Assembly (NCBI GenBank): GCA_038087875.1
Contig: JAXLNO010000569.1
Span: 1 to 64,000, forward strand
DNA length: 64,000 nt
Source of the DNA: Malacoraja senta
Lineage: Eukaryota
Direction of reading: 5' to 3'
Shown: piece after piece, positions 58,128 through 64,000 of the stretch
How the letters are laid out: each line of letters opens with the position of its first letter
Numbering within the stretch: position 1 is the stretch's first letter
Notes under the pieces: generated by a model
Databases searched by the model: none
Seen by the model: the letters and a program-made list of their open reading frames with translations, nothing else
What the model was told of the DNA's origin: nothing
Program-made: the position numbers and the translations under genes

Positions 58128-58327
58128 NNNNNNNNNNNNNNNNNNNNNNNNNNNNNNNNNNNNNNNNNNNNNNNNNNNNNNNNNNNNNNNNNNNNNNNNN
58201 NNNNNNNNNNNNNNNNNNNNNNNNNNNNNNNNNNNNNNNNNNNNNNNNNNNNNNNNNNNNNNNNNNNNNNNNNNNNNNNNNNNNNNNNNNNNNNNNNNNN
58301 NNNNNNNNNNNNNNNNNNNNNNNNNNN
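58128..58327. other. Assembly gap (200 N)
   Basis: Run of exactly 200 N. Confidence 0.99.
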
Positions 58328-60130
58328 ACCCACCGCTGCCGTGGCCAACCGCTGCCTGCCGCTGCCGTGACCTACAGCTGCCGTGGCCTTCCGCTGCCGT
58401 GGCCTTCCGCTACCGCTCCCCGCCGGCTACAGGAGGGGGCGTGTAGGGTGCATCCTGCAGCTGGGGACGTGGACGGCTTCAGGCGGGGCTGTCAGGGGCC
58501 GGTTGGGGGGGGGGGTGCGAGCTACTGGGGGAGGGACATCCTGCAGCCGGGGGATTGGGACGGCTTCAGGAGGGGATGGCGGGGGGGAGCGTCCTACAGC
58601 TGGGGGAGGGGCACGGCTTCAGGCGGGGGCTGTCAGGGCCGGTTGGGGGGGGGTATGGGTTCAGACGGGGGCTGTCGGAGCCGGTGGCGGAGAGGGGAGC
58701 ATCCGGCAGCGGGGGGGACGGCTTCAGGCGGGGTTTGTTGCGACCGGTTGGCGGGGGGGGGGTCTTGAAGCAGGGGGAAAGGGAAAGCTTCAGGCGGGGT
58801 TTGTCGGGGCCGGTTGGGGGAGGGATCTTTCAGCAGGGGGTCAGGAACAGCTTCAGGCGGGGGTTGTCGGGGCCAGTGGAGGGGGGCGAGCATCCTGCAG
58901 CTTGGGGAGGGGGATATCTTCAGGTGGGAACCTTCGGGGGCCAGGGTGAGCTTCCTACAGCCGGGGAGGGAGCAGCTTCAGGCGGAGGCTGTCGGGGCTG
59001 GTGGTGTGGATGGTGGGGCGAGCGACCCGCAGCCGGGGGAGGGGGGGATGGGGCGCCTGCAGCAGGGGATGGGCACGGCTTCAGGAGGGGGCTGTCGGGG
59101 GGCGGCGTGGAGCGTCCGACGGCCGTGCGAGCGGAACGGCTTCAGGCGGGGGCTGGCAGTTGAGGGGGGGGCAGCGACATATACCCGGGAAGGGGGACGG
59201 CTTCAGGCAGGGGCTGACGGTGGAAAGTGGGGGGGAGTTAACTTCTGCCGGGGGAGGGGAATGGCTTCAGGCGGGCGCCAGAGTGGGGGGGTTTCTGGAG
59301 GGCTGGTATAAGTGTTGTGAGTCGAAGGTAATGGTTTCCGGAGGGCTAGTACAGGTCTTGTGGGCCGAATGTACTTTTCTTGGGCTAGTCCTGCAGTAGG
59401 GACGGGGAGGGAGACGGCTTCAGATGGGGGCCGGGGAGGCGGCGCTGCCGTGGCCTACGTTTGGGGGGGTGCGAAGGGAGGGGAGTGCGTGGGTGTGTGT
59501 GCGGTGGTGCTGTGCCCGGCCAGCGCCCGGCCCCGCCAGCGCCCGGCTCCCTCAATCCACCCACACTCACTCCTTACTTACGCAGGATCTGGAGGTTGCA
59601 GCAGTCGGCCAGCCTCCGGAACACTCCCCACTCCGGGCCGCCTCCGGGGTTCCCCGACTCGGGGTGGGTCCTAGGCTCCCAGGCGGCTGCGGGGCTCAGT
59701 GGCTTCGGGACGGCTCCGGCCTCACCGACTTCTGGACGGCTTTGGGGCGGCTTCGGGGCTCACTGGCTTCGGGGCGGCTTCAGGGCGCGATGGCTTCCAG
59801 GCGGGACGCATTCGGGACGGATTCAGGACGGCCGCGGGCTCAGGGCGGCTCACAGACTCAGCCCGGCCTCCGTTGCTTTATTCTCCTCGCACCGGTGATT
59901 GACAGCGGGTGCCGGAGGGGCGTGGTCGTCCCGGCGACCGACAGGAGAGAAGACCAATCTGCTCATCTTACGATTTTTAAACCTTCGTAACTTATGTAAT
60001 ATTCCACCGATCGGAAGAAACCTTAAGGCGGGGTAAGGCGGGGGGAATCGTACCGTTATCGGGGACCGTCTTTGCGCAAATGTAAATACAGCGTAATCCG
60101 GAACAGGACAAGATGAGTTTTAGTTAAGTA
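58328..60130 (-). mobile_element. Helitron-associated GC-rich minisatellite segment (unit 4)
   Basis: Paralogous to 4700-6420; ends GATGAGTTTTAGTTAAGTA. Confidence 0.6.
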
Positions 60131-60762
<632 letters not shown>

Positions 60763-63171
60763 CACGACCGTCCTCCGCCCCGTCTCCCCCTGTGCACCCG
60801 CGCCCACACACACGGGGCCGTGTGGAGCAGGGTCGCGGCTCTGGGCAGCGGACACACGGGGACGAAAACCCGGCAACGTCCCCGTCAGCTGCAGCAGAGT
60901 TGGAGCAGTCTGGTCCCTCCGCCCACCCAGAGTCGCTGAATCTCCTCCACCCCACCGACCACCCCCGACCACCCGGCAACATCCCCGTCAGCTGCAGCAG
61001 AGTTGGGGACAGTCTGGTCCCTCTGCCCACCCAGAGTCACTGACCGCGCTGCACCGGCACCGGACACCGACCGCCCCCCCCCCGAACACCCCTCGACCCC
61101 CAGCCACGGGGGTAGACGGCCCGGGGTACGTGAGTGTGGAACCAGTCAGCGTAGCATCCGAATGGTGGGACAGAAAACGGGCCCGTTGCACTGCAAGCAG
61201 TGGTAAGTGCTTACCCGACGTTCACCGCATGTACTCCAGTTGGCTTTGCGTGGCAACAATATAGGTCACGGGTCGTGACCTCGACTATCGTGCACCCTCC
61301 CATAGATTGGTCAGAATAGGTGAATCGAGGACCAAGTCAAGTGAAGTCAAGTCAAGTCAAGTTTATTCGTCACATACACATACGAGATGTGCAGTGACAT
61401 GGAAAGTGGCAATGCTCTCGGATTGTGCAACAAACTACAAAACAGAATGAACAGAATCACGTATTCACATATTACATATTTGTGGGATGAAAAAAAGAAA
61501 AAACAGGAATTATTGAAACGACACCACACAACAGTAAAATGGTACAGTAAAGTTAGTCCCTGGTGAGATATGAACTTACAGTCCTAATGGCCTCGCGGAA
61601 GAAACTCCTTCTCATCCTCTCCGTTTTCACAGCATGGCAATTGGAGGCGATTGGCTGACCAGACGACGTTGGTGCAAGGTGAAGGACAAAAAGAGTTAAT
61701 AGGAATCTAGGAGTAACGTTTCCACACAGAGGGTGGTGGTGGATGGAACTAGCTGCCAGAGGAGATAGTTAAGGTTGGGACTATCACAAAGTTTAAGAAA
61801 CTGCTACAAGGTTACACCGGTAGGACGGGTTCGGAGGGATATGGACCAGACGCCAGGGACTATTGCAACTGGGACACGTTGGTCCGTTTGGACGTAGGGC
61901 CGAAGGACCTGTTTCCACGCTGTATCACACCAAGGGCGGCACATTGGTTGCACTATTGCTACTAAATGCCAGAGACCAGGGTTCTATCCTGCCCTCGTCT
62001 GCTGTCTGTGTGTAAGTATGCATATTCGCCCTGTGACCGCGTGAGTTTCCTCTGAGGGGCCGAAGATCCTCTTTCCCACGCTGTATCTAACTTAAACCAA
62101 ATCACACTGAAATTACACATGCCATGTCTCACAGTGTGCTCGGGGGGGGGGTGGGAGGGGGGGGGAGATTACGGAGGGAAGCCATCATTGAGCGAAACAT
62201 AGCACACCGTCAGACTGTGCACAGTTCCGACTGAGCAAAGGAGAGAGAAATTTCTTATAGAAAAATATAACATTATAAAAGGACTGGACAAGCTAGATGT
62301 AGGAAAAATGTTCCCAATGTTGGGCGAGTCCAGAACCAGGGGCCGCAGTCTTAGAATAAAGGCGAGGCCATTTAAGACTGAGGTGAGTTGTGAATTTCTG
62401 GAATTCCCTGCCACAGAGGGCAGTGGGAGGCCAAATCACTGGATGGATTTAAGAGAGAGTTAGATAGAGCTCTGGGGGCCAGTGGAATCAAGGGATAAGG
62501 GAGAAGGCAGGCCCGGGTTACTGATTGGGGACGATCAGCTATGATCACAATGAATGGCGGTGCTGGCTCGAAGGGCCGAATGGCCTCCTCCTGCACCTAT
62601 TGTCCATGTTTCTATGCTTCTATGAATATTTCAGTATCTGTCTTGCAATATCTGTGATGTCATGGTATGAATTATGATTTATTTGGGGGGGGAACAAAAC
62701 TGGTGTGGTAGATGGGTTCACTGGAGATGTCCATCGAAATCACTCCAACATTAAATGAAATAACACAGTGTCGTGGACCATTCTTTCATTGGAAAGCATA
62801 AATTCTTGTTTTCAGTGAAAAATACACAAAGTGCTGCTGTAACAGAGGGTCAGGCAACATTTTTGGAGAACGTGTATAGGTGACGTTTCGGATAGTGACC
62901 ATTCTTCAGACTCTGTTTTCAACGACTCTCTTCGTGTTTTTTTTTTACTCGATCCTTAAATTATTCGCTTGTCATCTCCCATGGTGGAGTCAATGGCTGT
63001 GGCGCAAGGTGTTTGTTCCGTGAGTGTCACTAATGTCAATCAGCAGGTATGAGGTCATGTCGCTGGAGACCTATCGCTCTATATATCTCGGTGCCCACCA
63101 GAAGGCATCGCCACAGAGCTACAGCGATGACGGACTGGCGGAGCCACAGGAGTTAATTGCGTCTTCCAGCT

Positions 63172-63241
63172 ATGGAATATCCATTGATCTATCGAATTGA
63201 AGATATATATTACCCTACAATAGCGACTGTCGCTGTTTTCA
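63172..63241 (+). CDS. GPR139/142-like GPCR copy 4, coding exon 1 (exon 2 expected beyond the window)
   Basis: MEYPLIYRIEDIYYPTIATVAVF+A then gtaatt donor; the intron lacks the L1 and continues into the MITE at 63930. Confidence 0.8.
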
Positions 63242-64000
63242 GTAATTTGGTTTGTCTCTGATTTTCATGTACGCGCATTAGCTGTGAGACATTCCGTAAA
63301 CTCCGGCGGTGCCGACGTTAAACAAACATTGTTTGTGTTTCAATAATTCACTTGTTTAATTTGGTTAGACATCCATGTTCCTACTGTAACTGCCGCAATG
63401 TGTACTTCATGCCCGTTGTTTATCCTGGCCTGGATCACTGTCTGTACTGATTGCGCCGGCCAGAGCCCTGACCAGCGAGCAGGTATCAGATAATCACACC
63501 CTGGTATGTTGGTCAGGAGCTGTGAGAATGGCAACTTGGGTTCCTTCCGTGGAGAGTCTGAAACGTGTTAGTGAAATGACATGTGTTCCCAATCGGACAA
63601 ACCTGCTTAACTGAATATATAATCGATATATTTTCTGCACTCGTCGCTGCGTGAAGCGTAATCCCGCGTGAGACCTGTAATGCTACAGCTCATGAGATAA
63701 AGCAAGTGAATGTCACGAGCTGGGATCTGACTCTATGAAGGTTTCACGACTTTACTATGATGTAAACTCAGATGTTAACTCAAATGTAAACAGATGCCGT
63801 CACGGAATTTTATATCAGTTAATGTTATGTATTTTGATATCTTCTCCTTCGGACGATCTGTATATTCGAATTTATATCCGCAGATGTATCTGTACATCCT
63901 CGCCATCGTGCCACAGTCAGTACTGCATGCATGGGCGGAAATTCTGGGGAGGGTCGGGAGAACCCCCCCCCCCCCCCACCGGTGCTTTGAGAGGTGGGGG

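Overview
Eukaryotic, repeat-rich vertebrate DNA. The repeat content (CR1 LINEs with (GTTTCTAT)n tails, a V-SINE/HE1-type SINE, Penelope fragments) suggests a cartilaginous fish, probably a skate or ray; this is an inference. The window is a tandem array of four copies (13-20 kb apart) of a two-exon, + strand class A GPCR gene resembling the GPR139/GPR142-like group. The 70-nt coding exon 1 (MEYPLIYRIEDIY...AVF) is missing from the ORF track and splices in phase 1 to a long exon 2. Copy 3 is intact (324 aa). Copy 1 has a frameshifted C-terminal tail, copy 2 has a TM7 frameshift, and copy 4 shows only exon 1 before the window ends. Paralog differences cluster in the extracellular loops and outer TM ends, as expected for a diversifying receptor repertoire. 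Each unit also carries a Helitron-derived segment, a GATA microsatellite and other shared TE insertions. Their presence/absence patterns conflict, which implies recombination between units. Other content: a 5'-truncated Gmr1-type Gypsy element (PR-INT-RT-RH order), L1, L2, CR1, Rex and Penelope fragments, MITEs, and a 200-N assembly gap.
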